Notes: generated by a model from the sequence alone, not told the origin. Counted from the stretch's first letter, positions 37,832-53,040 are shown. The stretch is DNA of 63,156 nt from Octopus sinensis (GCF_006345805.1 NW_021831997.1:1-63156), one strand, 5' to 3'. Program-made: numbers and translations.

Positions 37832-38249
37832 CAAAACCAGAAATCTGAAATTTATTTAATTTTACATATTAAGTATCAAAGCCATTATTGTACATGAACG
37901 ATCTGGGACCTGATTGGTTAATAATATTTATAATATCCTTCGTAATAGAGTCGCAAGGCCTGAAATTTTGAGAGAGGGGTAAGTCGATCACATCGACCCC
38001 AATACTCAACTGGTATTTATTTTAACGACCCCAAAAGGGTGAAAGACAAAGTTGACCTTCGCTGAGATTTAAACTCAGAATGAAAAGGCGGATGAAATGC
38101 CGCTAAGCATTCTTTTGGCATTCTTACGATTCTGCCACCTCGCTGCTTTTGTAATGTTATAATATCAAAACTAAAACGAAATGATTATAATATATATATA
38201 ACTGCTGTAAATAGCTACATTCACAGTAAAAATCCTTATAATCCTTTAA

Positions 38250-38720
38250 AATATTTCATGGCTGCGGCCATGCTGGGGCACCACCGTTGAATGAGCTACA
38301 CTAGTATGTGAAACCACCTCTGATACGTGGCACTTGATCAACAAGGGAGTTCGATGCCGCTGCCCGCGTCTGTGTTTCCTGCCGACAAGAAGAGATCCAG
38401 TTTAGTTTTAAAGAAACCCACATCCACACCATGCAGGTCTCTCAGGCATTTAGGAAAGATACTGAAAAGCTGTGGTCCTCTGAAACCCAAGTTGTTGCAG
38501 TATCTGGTTCTGTATTTTGATGGTGATGTTGGTGTAACTTTGAATGCCAAAATTTGGGACAAGACCCTCCATGATTTTCCAGATGTATATCACTGCATAT
38601 CTCTCCTGCCTTCGCTCCAGGGAGAAGAGTTTTAATACTTTCAGTCTTTCCCAGTAGCTGATATGTTGCATTGAGACGATCTTCATAGTGTAGCTTCGTT
38701 GAATTGCTTCGAGTTCTGCT
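38250..38720 (-). mobile_element. CR1-like LINE 3' end
   Basis: ELEAIQRSYTMKI...YWERLKVLKLFSLERRQERYAVIYIWKI...RGPQLFSIFPKCLR...FKTKLDLFL...RAAASNSLVDQ, with tail ggtggtgccccagcatggccgcagc. Confidence 0.85.
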
Positions 38721-38957
38721 GTTACTATATTACAATACTTTTTTTTTCAGTGATAGTTTCTGCCATTAGAATGCAACCGAGCTAAGGCATCGCCATCTAT
38801 ATTAAAGGAGAAATGAGTCACGGGCCTTTGATCTTTATGTAACATCGACGTTGATCTTCGTGTAGAAGATCATAATTAAAACTTAGGTGGATTTGTATCC
38901 AAATACCACGAGGAATTGTTGCTCGACACAGTGCTACTGTTATTCCTCTTTGTCATA

Positions 38958-39133
38958 GGCACAGGAGTGGTTGTGTTGTAAGAGCTTGCTTCCCAACCAT
39001 ATGTGTCCGGGTTCAGTTCCACTGCGTGGCACCTTGGGTAAGTGTCTTCTACTATAGCATCGGGCCTACCAAAGCCTTGTGAGTGGATTTAGTAGACAGA
39101 AACTGAAATAAGCACCTCTTTATGTATACTTTT

Positions 39134-39172
<39 letters not shown>

Positions 39173-39190
39173 TGTCTGTATTTGTCCCGG
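38958..39190 (+). mobile_element. SINE family A, 5' half
   Basis: Head and central domain followed by (TG)n. Confidence 0.8.
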
Positions 39191-39270
39191 TGTTGGTTTC
39201 TTTACGTCCCCAATATCATCAGCATTGCAATATTCCACTGGTTAATGCAGGTTATGTGAGGCTGAGTGAG

Positions 39271-39590
39271 GGCGCGTGGCTTAGTGGTAAGGGGCATTCG
39301 GCTCATGATCGTAAGGTTGTGAATTCGTTTCCCGGCGACACGTTGTGTCCTTGAGCAAGACACTTTATTTCACGTTGCTCCAGTCCACTCAGCTGGCAAA
39401 AATGAGTAGTACCTGTATTTTAAAGGGCTATCCATGTCACATTCTGTGTCACGCTGAATCTCCTTACGAACTACGTTAGGGGTACACGTGTCTGTGGAAT
39501 GCTCAGCCACTTGCACGTTAATTTCACGAGCAAGCTGTTCCGTTGATCGTATCAGCTGGGGCCCTCGTCGTCGTAACCGACGGAGTGCTC
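39271..39590 (+). mobile_element. SINE family D (CORE-like), full length
   Basis: TGGCTTAGTGG A box, ccttgagcaagacactt CORE-like block, family C tail. Confidence 0.88.
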
Positions 39591-40435
39591 TAACATAACA
39601 TGTGAGGCTGGTAAAAAGGACGGTAACTCACAAATAAAGAAATTTTCGCAAAAATAAATATGTCAGACGATCATGTTCTCATGAAGAGGTGCAGAACTGA
39701 AGTTCATATAATGTAATTGGCTTGAATCTTCGCTTGTATTTTGTATGTTGAATGTGTTTATATCTCAAATGAAATTGCTAGTTCAACCAGTTTGTAATTC
39801 ATAGGCCACGAACCCAGGAGTATGCGTGCAAGTTTAAAATTTGTATCCCTTTGAATAAAGACAAGAAGAATGGTATTGTTTCTTCACAGTCAGGATATGA
39901 TTAAGTAGGACCGAGACTTCGGTTGTGTATAAATATCAGTACCTAAGTCGACTATTGTATGCCTTCGGCTTCACACCTACAGTCCATGTTATTGCAGTTA
40001 TTTTGTCTTTTTTTCTATCTTTCAAATATCAAATAAATGTATTTTCAAATGGATGTAGCATCGTAATTCAGCTGGGAACTAAACAATTTGGTGTAACAGA
40101 TGTAGCAATTCTTTTAAAGTTTTCTTGACTACTTCATGTACGTCTTCGCCGCGCCGCCTATTCACTCTCTGCTTCTCTGAATGTTATTTCTTTTGACAAA
40201 TCTTTTCTATCCAGAGAAAATATTGGTTGCGTCTCTGTATTCCATTTCGATTAGGTTGCCATGTGAGATTTGAAGATTGTTGGCTATTGTTATATATGTG
40301 CATGTGTATATATGTATGTGTATATATATATACATATATATATATGTATGTATGTATATATATATATATGTGTGTTTTATATATATATATATATATAATA
40401 TATATGTGGTATATATATTATATATATATATGTGT

Positions 40436-40475
<40 letters not shown>

Positions 40476-40706
40476 ATATATATGTTGTATATATATATGT
40501 GTATATATGTATATGTATATATATATATATGTATGTATATATATATGTATATATATATATATGTATGTATATATATATATATGTATATATATATATCTAT
40601 ATATATATATATACATATGCATATATTTATATATATATATACATATATTTATATATACATAAATATACATACACACATATACATATATGCATAAGTAAAT
40701 ACATAC

Positions 40707-40746
<40 letters not shown>

Positions 40747-42598
40747 TACATATATACATACATACATGCATACATACATACATAACTTCACTTGATTTAC
40801 TTTCCCATAGCCAAACCAATATTTGCCGGATACAAGCCAACAAGAATGCCACTATTATGCAGCTCGACTTATTACAAATATCAGTCGAACTCTGTTAAAT
40901 TACTCACAAGAAAATGTTACACTTGATAAATGAGTTCCGTGCGCACAGGAAAATAACGATACGGACACAGCTGATATACCGTTGATAGGGTTTAACCGGC
41001 AGAGAGTAGTGATCGTTAATTGGTAATCTTGATAATTAATTATAACGAGAGTGGCACAACTTTTGTAGATACTTTTGACTGATATATTGATCAGAAAAAA
41101 CCGTAATAAGGTATAATATGTTTTTGGGTAGCAGCAGTTATAGATAAATACATCGAAGTAAAGGCCTTATAACTATGTACAACATGGGTAGGTATCAGGG
41201 TTTTTTAATAAGTGGGCCTTCGAGAATATCCATAAAACAAACGAAGTATTGGTTTATTTGAGATGGACACATAAAAAGAATCTATATTTTAGAGAATACG
41301 AAATCCTCTTCGCAAACAGCATGGACATTAGGAATTTATAATTTGTTTACGAAAACCCATTTACTTGCTTCATGTGAGATTTATAAACAGTCAAGAGACC
41401 AATATTTCCCAATCTAGAATATATCAAAGTTATTCAACCTGATGATGACATGAGAGGGTTTACGAGATTTGGGGTTCTTTTTTTCTTTTGTGTTTGTCAA
41501 GTGAAATTATATGATACGATCTCATTTTATGAGAAAAATTCGTCCGCCATACAATGTTGCTATTTGCGTATATGTACGTTATAGATTTGTGAGTATATAT
41601 CTCTGTATTTGTGTGTGTGGCTGGCGTGTTGATAGATACTACAAACTTACACATTCAGAGGTAAATACACGTAAATACATAGCCACAATTACACATAGAC
41701 GTATGCAGACATACGCACACACTTACAAACATACTCAAGCATATACACGTACAAAAGCATTCGCATCCACACACGCATTTACGTGGAATTTATTTAAACT
41801 TAAATTTCCCACAGATTATGTTGTGTCTGAGGGGAACTCATATTGTTTTAATGCCTTATAATCTAACATACTTACACAGATGATATCCTCGAACCACTAA
41901 CCAGCCAGCCGAAAGCTCGACAATTCACATAATGTCCCTGGTGTGCGCGACCGTATAGCTACAATCATCTTCAGCAGCAATATTGTGCTGGAATATAAAA
42001 ATGGCAGCGATACTAAAATATTACGTTAATTCAAAGTTCTCACTTCCTTACGTTCTTCTGCCGACTTTGAACGCAAGATAGAAGCATTAGCAATATGCTT
42101 CGGCTTTCAAGTCTTTCGCCACAGCAATAGTGCGAACGGAGAAGAAGAACCAATAAAACTTGAGGACGATTACTGAAGGTGAAAAGAATGGGTCGTCTGC
42201 TTTAATGAATCTGCGAACAATTATTAGCGATAGATCGGATATATTGTCTGGTGTAAATGGAAATGTGAACGACCATTAAATTCATAATGGAAACTGAAAG
42301 AAATATACTGTCAGCTTAATCCATTTGTTATCATTCGTACAGGCTTCATCAATTTTATGCATAAACACCTTTTAGACGGCAATAATGCTTGTGACCACCA
42401 TAGTCAATTACTCTCGTATATATATATATATATATATATACTATATATATATATACACTCAATCATCACACTCATACACACACAGACATAGACCTTGGCT
42501 CTTTCTCGTTTTCTTAATCTTTCTCTTTCTCTCTTTTCTACCGATCTGTCTCAATATCTTACAAGAGTATACATACAAAACAATATATATGTAAATGT

Positions 42599-42662
<64 letters not shown>

Positions 42663-42682
42663 TATCTGTATGTATGTATACG

Positions 42683-42744
<62 letters not shown>

Positions 42745-42791
42745 CTCAACATACATACATACATACATACATACATACATACATACATACA

Positions 42792-42822
<31 letters not shown>

Positions 42823-44321
42823 GAGGGGAAATGCACACAGTTTACAAAGTTTTAATGTACTTTTTAATATATTTTATAAGTGAAAGAGTATTGTGTTTGT
42901 CGAACGGTTTCGCTTCCGTTAACCATAACATTGAAATTGTTGTAATTTCGTATTTTCTTAACATGATTTTAGTTCATGTTGTGTATAGGAGTTTGTGAAT
43001 GAAATGAACCAACAAGTAGAAAATCTAAGGGAAGGTAACTGGTGATCGTTATTATTCGGGACAGGGGAGGTAATTGCTCATATTTTGGGGAGAGGTTAAA
43101 TCAATACAAAAAACTCAAAAGCTAAAGTAGTGAGATGAAGTACCTGCAGTGATGGGTATGTGATCATGAATTAAGATATATACTGACACCCAAGTTTGTT
43201 ATACGTTCATATTTAGGCGTGTTCTGTATTTTTTGATAAATAAATTTTCTTTATTTAAACGTTCACGTACAAATATTTCTCCTTTGCATTGGTAGGTGGG
43301 AACCAAATTTCGCAATATTCCCCATCTGTCGATACAATTGTAGTGAAATTAAATAAAGAATGTTGCCCATGCCATTTTCTATTAGTTATTTATATAAACT
43401 CTACTGACATTGTGGAATTTCTGATGCATATACAGCAACAGAAGCATTTCCACTAGTATGATGACATCAGTTTGCCAATAACTATGGAGGAGCTTTGCAT
43501 AGCCTTCTACAAGTTTTTAATCTGAATCTTATTTAACTATATGTAAATATAAAATATATAAATAAATAACATATCTATTATATGTCTGTCTATGTGTGTG
43601 TCTTCTAGGATCTCGGGCATCCACCATCCAATTGCGCTCAAATTTGATATATAGATACCGATGATATCCGGCATGTATAAGTCTTAAAACATTACAAAAA
43701 TCGATTCTAGGTGAGAATGTGATCGATAAAGCCGTAGGAACGTGCATTTGTACGCGCAAGTACATCAGCTGTTGCAATGTACTTACTGGTACTTTAAACT
43801 CTTCGGTTGCATATTTGTGTGAATAAAATCGTTTTTCCTTGGAATAGGAAAAAAAGGCTATCTTTATTTCTTCTTTTGCTGGTGACTCAAATTTAGATTA
43901 AATCAGCGTTTCTCAAAGGGGAGGCCTATGGGACGGTCAGACAAGTTGTTTTGAGAAAATTTGGTTTAAATGTTTGACAACTCAGCACCATCTATTGGAC
44001 GGGGACGTTTTGTTTGTATGTATATATAAATGTATGTATACATATATGTTCATACACACATACATACATACATATATATATATAGATACAGCTGTCCCTA
44101 GTTCGACTCCATGCGTCCCTAGTTCGACTCCATGCGTGTTTCGAAGGTAATGCATGTATATATACATGTAGATGTAGGTACGTACATATATGTATGTATG
44201 TATGCATATATTTTATTTATTAATTTATTGCATGACTGAGCGCCCTCGCCGTCGTTTCGTTTCTTTTCTGTTCTCCAAGTTTATATATATATAATATATA
44301 TTATATATATATATATATATA

Positions 44322-44377
<56 letters not shown>

Positions 44378-44380
44378 CTG

Positions 44381-44700
44381 GCACTCCGTCGGTTACGATG
44401 ACAAAGAGTGTTCCGGTTGATCTAATCAAAGGACGAGCCTGCTCATGAAATTAACGTGCAAGTGGCTGAGGACTCCACAGACGCGTGTATCCTTAACGTA
44501 GTTCTCAGGGAGATTCACCATGACGCAGAGTGTAATAAGGTTGGCCCTTTGCATTGGAGGTAGAACTCATGTTTGCTAATTGAGTGGACTGGGGCAATGC
44601 GAAACTAAGTGCTTTGGTCGAGAACACAACGCGCCACCGGAAATCGAACTCACGACCTTACGATCGTAAGCCGAATACCCTAACCACTGAGCCATGCGCC
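44381..44700 (-). mobile_element. SINE family D
   Basis: Reverse complement homolog of 39271-39590. Confidence 0.8.
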
Positions 44701-44755
44701 TTCATATACGTGTGTGTGCGTGTGTCTGTATGTGTGTACGTATATGTGTATTTAA

Positions 44756-44980
44756 TTATTGCCCACAAGGGGCTAAACATAGAGGAAACAAACAAAGACG
44801 GACAAAGGAATTAAGTCAACTACATCGACCCCAGTGCGTAACTGGTACTTGATTTATCGACCCCGAAAGGATGAAAGGCAAAGTCGACCTCGGCGGAATT
44901 TGAACTCGGAACGTAACGACAGACGAAATACGGCTACGCATTTCGCCAGGCGTGCTAACGGTTCTGCCAGCTCGCCGCCT
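44756..44980 (-). mobile_element. SINE family B
   Basis: Family consensus. Confidence 0.9.
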
Positions 44981-46453
44981 TTTACGAATATATATGTGTA
45001 CGTATATATGTGTGCGTATGTACACACATATGTATATATACATATGTACATGCATACACACGCACACACACATGTGCACACACATAACAGAAGCAAATTT
45101 ACATCAAACTGAAGAATTACTCAACACTTTTTGTAGTGTACATATTTATTATTTTTGTACAAATAACATGCGCATGTATGTATATATGTATGTATGCATA
45201 CATGTATGTATGTATCTCTGTATATGTGTACGTATGTATTTGTGCACGTGTGTGTAGGTATATATGTGTATATATATATATATATATCTGTATGTATATA
45301 TTATGCATGTGTGTATGTGTGTATGTGTGTATGTGTACATGTATGCATGCAGGCATGTATGCATGCTGGCATGTATGCACGTGTGTATGTATTTATGCAT
45401 GTACGTACGTACGGATGTATATATGCATACATGTATACATGCATGCATGTTTATATCTATGCATATATGTATGCATTTATGCATGTATGTATGTATGTGT
45501 GTATGCATGCTTGTATGGATATATGTGTGTATGTATTAAGAATCTACACATGTATGTATGTATGTACGTACGAACGTATTTATGTATGTATGCATGCATG
45601 CATTTATATCTTTTTACAAGAACAGCGTTCACAGTAACTATGCCCTGCTAAGCCCGGCATAAACACAAACGCTAATGTTCGCATCGTTTATATATACTTC
45701 CTTCTCACTTCGATTCTTTGCCCCACATGTGCTCAACTCTCCTCTCCTCTCCTCTTCATCTAACCTCCTCCTTTCGCCTCTCTCCCCCTCACATATACTT
45801 CCTCCTACCCGCCTCTTCTCTCTTGCTCCGACTCCTACTTCTTTACTTCACTCCTACTTTCCTTCTCCTTCCCTCCCCACCATCATCACCCCTCCCTTGT
45901 AACCCCCTCATTCCTACACATTCCAACATTCCCTATCCTTCCCATCCCAACACAGACGCTAACGATGGACGTTAGGGAAAGGGCGATGCGAACAGTGGCT
46001 ATCAGAATGCATAGAAGGTAAGGTTTCTTCTTTAGAAACACTGGTTCCACATAACCTGGAAATCTATAAGTAGGAGAGTATAAGATATTACATGAAAAAG
46101 GGAGTTGTTGGTATCACAATTCAGTAAAACTATATGTTGGTGTCACTGTTTTGAAAATATGGACGAAAATAATGAAACTATCAGATCCATTACGTAATAT
46201 TGGTCATACAATGAGTGGTCTCTATTCGTCTTACCATAATCGTTATGAAGAAATATACAAATATACATATGTATGTGCGTATGTACGTATGTATGTCATT
46301 GTTCAGTTTTATTTCAAGATTTCTTACCAGTAGAGAAAGAGCTGGTTTCTAACCAAGATCCAAGGTTTCTCCATTGGAATTTCAACATCAACAGCATATG
46401 TGTGTATGTATTTATGTGTGTGTGTGTTTATGTATGTATGTATGCATGCATGT

Positions 46454-46630
46454 AGGGAGAATGCACAAAAAAAATCAAAAGATGAAGACAGGTGGTGTAG
46501 ACAACAAATAGATGTATTAGTATAACACTCGGGAAGTGAAAAAGTCGTTAATGTTTCGAGCCTACGCTCTTGCACAGAAAGGAACACAGAAAGAAACAAG
46601 GAGAGAAAATAAAGAATGTGTCGTGACTAG
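46454..46630 (-). mobile_element. Short PLE-tail-like repeat (same family as 26528)
   Basis: ctgtgca-a-gagc-gtag-gctc-gaa-acat. Confidence 0.65.
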
Positions 46631-46749
46631 TGTATGTATGTATGTATGTACAGATGTATGTATGTATGTATGTATGCAGATTTGTATGCTTTGTTTTATT
46701 TATGTATTCTCATGTCCATAGTTGTATATCTAGACATGCTCATACATAC

Positions 46750-46920
46750 TTAAATAATAAGCATCTGTAGCCTTCGAATCAGCTTTCTCCTTTCTGGTTT
46801 TGAGAAGCCTAATTTCTCAAGATTTCTATTTCGGCATTATGATTCATATACCAGTGTCCCAATAATTACAGATATAAACCTGAATTCTGGATAGACTAGC
46901 TGTAGATGCCTCAATAGTTC
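46750..46920 (-). mobile_element. R4/Dong-like REL C-terminal fragment
   Basis: LQLVYPEFRFISVIIGTLVY..NLEKLGFSKPERRKLIRRLQ. Confidence 0.55.
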
Positions 46921-47734
46921 AACATAGGTATTTTGTTCCCTCAATAGTTCTGCGTAGGTATTTCTATGTATGTGTGAATGTATGTATGTGATTATGTATG
47001 TATGCGTATGCGCATGTATGTATATATGTATGCATACATGTATGTATCTCTGTATATGCGTAGTTATGTATGTGTGTATGTGTGTAGGTATTTATGTGTG
47101 TATGTGTGTATGTATGTATGCATGTATGCATGTGCGTATGTATGTATTCATGTGTATATGTACGTATGTATGAATGCATGTATGCATGCATGGATGCATA
47201 TAAGTGTGTATGTATGTACGTTTGTATGTATTTATGTATGTACGTACGTACGGATGTATATATGCATACATGTATGTATGCATGCATGCGTGTATGTATG
47301 CATATGTGCATTCATTTATGCATGTATGTATGTATGCATGTGTGTATGCGTGTATGTATGTATGCATGTATGTATGTGTGTATGCATGCATGTATGGATA
47401 TATCTGTGTATGTATGAATCTACGTATGTATGTATGTATGTATGTACGTACGAACGTATTTATGTATGTATGCATGCATGTATGCATTTATATATATGTA
47501 TGTTTTACGCGTGTATGTATGTACATCCGTATGCATGCATTCATGTATATATGCATGTAAGTGTGTATGCATGTATGTATGCATATATTATGTGTGTATT
47601 CATGCATCTATGCATGTGTGTATGTAAGCATGTATGCATGCATGTATATATGCATGTATGTACGTATGCATATATGTATGTACGTATATATGCACGTACA
47701 TATATATATATAATTGTTCATCTCTTATCGTTTA

Positions 47735-47945
47735 TTTCTTCATTTGCTTCAGTCATTTGACTGAGGCCACGCTGGAGCACCGTCTTGGAACGTTCAGTCT
47801 AACAAATTGACTCCAGTAATAATTTGTCTTAAACTTTGCTACTTAGTCTAACGGGTGTATTTCTGCCGGTCCGCTACATGATGAGAACGTGAACAAACCA
47901 ACACCAGTCGTTAAGCACAAACCCAACACACACACACACACATAC

Positions 47946-47977
<32 letters not shown>

Positions 47978-48165
47978 TAGCACGCAAACGTATACATGTA
48001 CATACATACGACGGGCGTCTTTCAGACCTCCGGCTTTCAAATCACTTACAAGGCTTTGCTAGCCTGGGACTATAGCAAAAATTACTGCCCAAGGTGCCGC
48101 ACGGTGGAACTGAACACAAAACTACATGGTTGTGATACAAAATTCTTGTCCTCATAGCTACACCT
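47735..48165 (-). mobile_element. Old SINE family A copy
   Basis: Diverged tail, internal microsatellite and head all recognisable. Confidence 0.7.
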
Positions 48166-48710
48166 GTTGAATTTGATGCTTTAGTCAGTCACTGCTCTAA
48201 GCTTTTCACATAAACAGGTTATTTCCGGTACGAAATAGCAGTCGTGTGAATCGAAAATTGGCGCAAAATATATATGTGTGTGTGTGTGCAGTACTCCTCC
48301 TGTTTGTGCATCGAAATACGCACGCACGCATGCACGAACACACGCACAGAGACACCAACACACACACACACATACACACAAAAACGCACGCACACATAAG
48401 CAGACACGTGTAAGTGATCGAGCAAGTTCCATGTGTCACAGTGACGAGCACTCAATATAATATATAGAGAGTTAATTTATACACATCATATCATTATAAA
48501 AACCCTGTCAATCCACATTACTAATAGTTTGAAAGACACATGAATTGGTTGAGTTGTTAACGTCAGACGGACTTGACATATCGTCAACTCTCTCTCTGAC
48601 GATTAAAAACTCAGCCACTTTGAAAGGATTACTTACGTTGATTGACAACATGTATCTATATTTTTCTACTTAGACATATGTGTATATACCTGTATTATGA
48701 TATATATATA

Positions 48711-48776
<66 letters not shown>

Positions 48777-48871
48777 TGTGTATGTGTTGTGTGTGTGTAC
48801 TCAATTCTCGAGCATTATACTAATTCACACTCTTTTTTTTTCTCGTCTTTGTTTTTTTTCGTGAATTCTCC

Positions 48872-48938
<67 letters not shown>

Positions 48939-50065
48939 GTGTATCTATATGTTATATATATATATATATTATATATATATATCATATACATAAATATATA
49001 CATATATAATATATATAATATAATAATATATATATATATATGAATATAGATATCCATACGAAAACATATGTATGTATATGTATATATATACATGTATATA
49101 TATGTATGTATATATGTATATATACAGACACACACACAAACACACACACAACACATATACACACACATACATAAACACACACACACACACATTACACATA
49201 CACATACACACACACACACACATGCCGTACACACATACACATACACACAAACACACACAACACATACACACACACACAAACACACACATACATTACACAT
49301 ACACAAACACACACACACATACATTACAAACACACATACACACACACACCACATACACACACATACAGTACACACACACAAACACACACACAACACATAC
49401 ACACACATACACAAACACACACACACACAAACACACATACATTACAAACACACACACACACACGCACACACACCACATACACACACACATACAGTACACA
49501 CACATAAAAACAGAGAGAGAGAGACAGACAGACAGACAGAGAGGCATATATCGACAACAAAAATCAAAGTCACCATTTTCTGCCAGGCCCTAATAGAAAA
49601 AAAAAACTATCAAACTACGCAAGTACTAAATAGTGATGGCCGGCCTACCAGATTAGTAGATAATCACCTGAGGTAATTTTCGGGAGCTTGATTTTAGCAT
49701 CAAAGGATATTCTGATTATATTGTCGATGACGATAAATCCAGCGGTCCAAATTAAATTCCGGACAAAGTCCAGAAATGTCACTCCACGCGATCTCGCATC
49801 GCGTATTTCCCGAGTGCATTACTTGTGGTTTATCTGAAAGTCAATGCAGAGTTATATAATTAGATAAATATCTAGAACAGAGACTATTGGGGTTTGTACA
49901 TATGTATATATATATATAAGACATCTATGTGTATATGTGTGTGTTTGTGTGTCTATGTGTATATATATATGTGTGTGTGTGTGTAGATAGGTACATAGGT
50001 ATGTATGTACTACTCACTCCAGTGCACATATACATGAAGCCACATATATAATACCTCGTCATCGG

Positions 50066-50107
<42 letters not shown>

Positions 50108-50331
50108 AAAGGCCCGCACTCATAGGTGCACATTGACTGACACACATGCATCGCACTTTAACCAATAAACTCATACACACACGCGCACACATATAAATAT
50201 ACATATGCAAATATACATATATATATGTGTGTGTGTTCACTAAATATTTATTAGTATATGTATATTTACATATATTGTATATATTTACATATGTATGTAT
50301 ATTTACATATGTATATAATGTATATATAATC

Positions 50332-50367
<36 letters not shown>

Positions 50368-51066
50368 ATATATATATACCTATATATATTGCGTGTGTGT
50401 GTATATATATATATAGATAATGAATATATCTTTATACATCTATATTCATATATATGTGTGTGTGTGTGTAAATCTGTGAAGCATACGCACACATCGTTGT
50501 CCGCAAATGTTATGGTGTATATGCATAGAAGCAACACACATTGACATACACATACAGATCTTCAAATATTCAAAAGTATACTTGAACACGACGTACACAC
50601 AACACACACACATACACATGCACACACACATGCACGCACACATGCACACACACACACACCAACGCTTATTATGTGACGAATTGCTAATACAGCAAGCGAG
50701 ACGTGGTGGAGAGGTTAAAAGTTTAAGTTGGAAATTTTAACCATTAATTCATAATTTATCCATAATTCTTCTGGTAAGTTCTCGATGAGACGTGAAGATG
50801 TGATATAATGTTATGTAAGACATCAATAGTCGAAGCCTGATTCTGTACTGTGTTAGGAAGATGACGAATTACCCTAGATTCATGAGAGTATGTCGTAGAG
50901 GTCAAAAGTTCATTTGAAGTAGAGAGCCGTGTATATACATTTCTACTTCGTTAGTCATTTAGAGTAGATACCTAATTTAAAAGTAGGGAATTAATACGTT
51001 TTGTTGTGTAGACTAATAGGTTCTAGCGCCGCCTACGAAACGATAGATAGTAGGCTCCCCGATATT

Positions 51067-51300
51067 AAGGCGGCGAGCTGGCAGAAACGTTAGCACGCCG
51101 GGCGAAATGCGTAGCCGTATTTCGTCCGCCGTTACGTTCTGAGTTCAAAATCGCGCCGAGGTTGACTTTGCCTTTCATCCTTTCGGGGGTCGATAAATCA
51201 AGTACCAGTTACGCACTGGGGTCGATGTAATCGACTTAATCCGTCTGTCTGTCCTTGTCTGTCCCCTCTATGTTTAGCCCCTTGTGGGCAATAAAGAAAC
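51067..51300 (+). mobile_element. SINE family B
   Basis: Family consensus. Confidence 0.9.
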
Positions 51301-51357
51301 AGATATTTCATTGTAACTTCGTTATATATATATATATATATGTGTGTGTATGTATAT

Positions 51358-51390
<33 letters not shown>

Positions 51391-51469
51391 GTATGTATAT
51401 ATGTATGTGTGTATGTATGTATGTATGTATGTATCTATGCATGTATGTATATAATCGGTGTGACCCCTC

Positions 51470-52430
51470 TCTCCTGCGGACAACTAGATTCCGTCCTCTC
51501 TTTTGTGAAATCTTTCCATCCTGCCCTCCACTTTTCCTGCACTATCTCTGACACCTCTGTCTCCTTTCTTGACATTTCAGTCAGCATTCATCACTCCACT
51601 CTCACCGCCTCCATCCACTACAAACACACAGACTCACTCTCATACCTCAACTTCTCCTCCTCCCACCCTAAATACACCAAGCTTTCCATCTCCTATTCCC
51701 AATTCCTCCGTCTACGCAGGCTCTGTAGTGATGACCATGACTTTGAGACTCAGTCTCAACTCATGGCTTGCCACTTTATCCTACATGGATATCCCCACAC
51801 CACCATCCACACCGCCCTTGCCAGAGCACGTTCTGTGGACCGTGCATCTGCTCTCTCCCCCAAACCCGCCCCGCCGTCTCCCGCCTCCCGTTTCCCCTCA
51901 CCTACCACCCCACCACCCTACCTCTCCAACGCACCATTCTCCGAGCCTTCCGGCGACTCCAGTCTGACCACTCCACTTCGCACATCTTGCCTAACCGACC
52001 CTTCCCCTCCTTCAAACGAACCTACAACCTACGAGACCTTTTGGTCCACAGCTTCTTCTCTAACCCAACATCCCAACCCGCCCACGCTGTTGCACTTGCC
52101 CTTACCTCTCCAACACCACCCTTCTCACCGGCACCCATCATCGACACTATCACATCACCGACTCCTTCACCTGCACTTCTACCAATGTCATCTACTGCAT
52201 CTCCTGCTCTCTCTGCCCTTCTCTATACATCGGGCAAACGGGACGCCGCTTGGCTGACCGGTTCGCGGAACACCTCTGAAACATCTGACTCGGCAATGAC
52301 CCCGGTTTCGCGCCATTTCCGCTCTGCCGGTCACTCTTTGCAACACCTGTCCGTGTTCGCATTGTCCTTGCACAGGGGCCATCCGGACTCCTGTTAGCGC
52401 CATAAACAGGGATTAATCTTCTCACTTCGC
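51470..52430 (+). mobile_element. Penelope-like element (Neptune-type), RT C-terminus plus GIY-YIG, decayed
   Basis: FHPALHFS...VSFLDISV...HYKHTDSLSYLNFSSSHP...SQFLRLRRLCS...HGYP; FTCTSTNVIYCISCSLCPSLYIGQTGRRLADRFAEHL*. Confidence 0.9.
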
Positions 52431-52653
52431 ATATACATGTGGAGGCGCAGTCTTCAGGTTTTAGTAATGGGGTTTCCACGGACGAAAATTCAATTCTTTA
52501 TGCAACACCGTACGTATATAAATCAACACGTCAGGCAGCTCAAGAAGTGGAGTAAGAAGACACACAATACGTCCGGTGTTGCATAAAGAATTGAATTTTC
52601 GTCTGTAGAAACCCCATTACTAAAACCTAAAGACTGCACCTCCACATGTATAT
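52431..52653. mobile_element. Hairpin MITE (~85-bp arms, ~50-nt loop)
   Basis: atatacatgtggaggcgcagtc...tgcaacaccg versus cggtgttgca...gactgcacctccacatgtatat; TA-rich ends. Confidence 0.85.
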
Positions 52654-52659
52654 ATGTCG

Positions 52660-53039
52660 GTCATATATATACATATAAGAATTTTTTTGCGAAATGAGAT
52701 AAAAAACAAAACAAAGGGTGTGTAGATATTAGAACATTTATAGATAGAAGGTCTTACAGCTGTTTCCAGGATATTTATTAATTATATCCCTTCATCGGAG
52801 AAGTTGTGAAAGGATGGTTAAGTAATAGTTAATTTAGATAGGATACAAAATGGAGGAAAGAAAATAGATATGAGATATTTAGGGATATTGAATTTGTAGA
52901 TCCATTTTTTAGGCAGAATGGTATATATGTAAGATTCCAATACCTTATGAGTAAAATCCAACGGTATTTAAAATTGGTCATTCCAAGTATAGAGTTTATA
53001 CACAATGTAAGATTTCAATACCTTATGAGTAAGATCCAA

Positions 53040-53040
<1 letters not shown>
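52660..53040 (-). mobile_element. PLE pLTR-like repeat with HHR motif (52751-52802, core CCGAUGA)
   Basis: Nearly identical to 54235-54490; partial direct repeat at about 52925-53040. Confidence 0.7.

Noticed and set aside
51409-52257. 282-aa ORF as a host gene
   Set aside because: It is Penelope RT C-terminus running out of frame.
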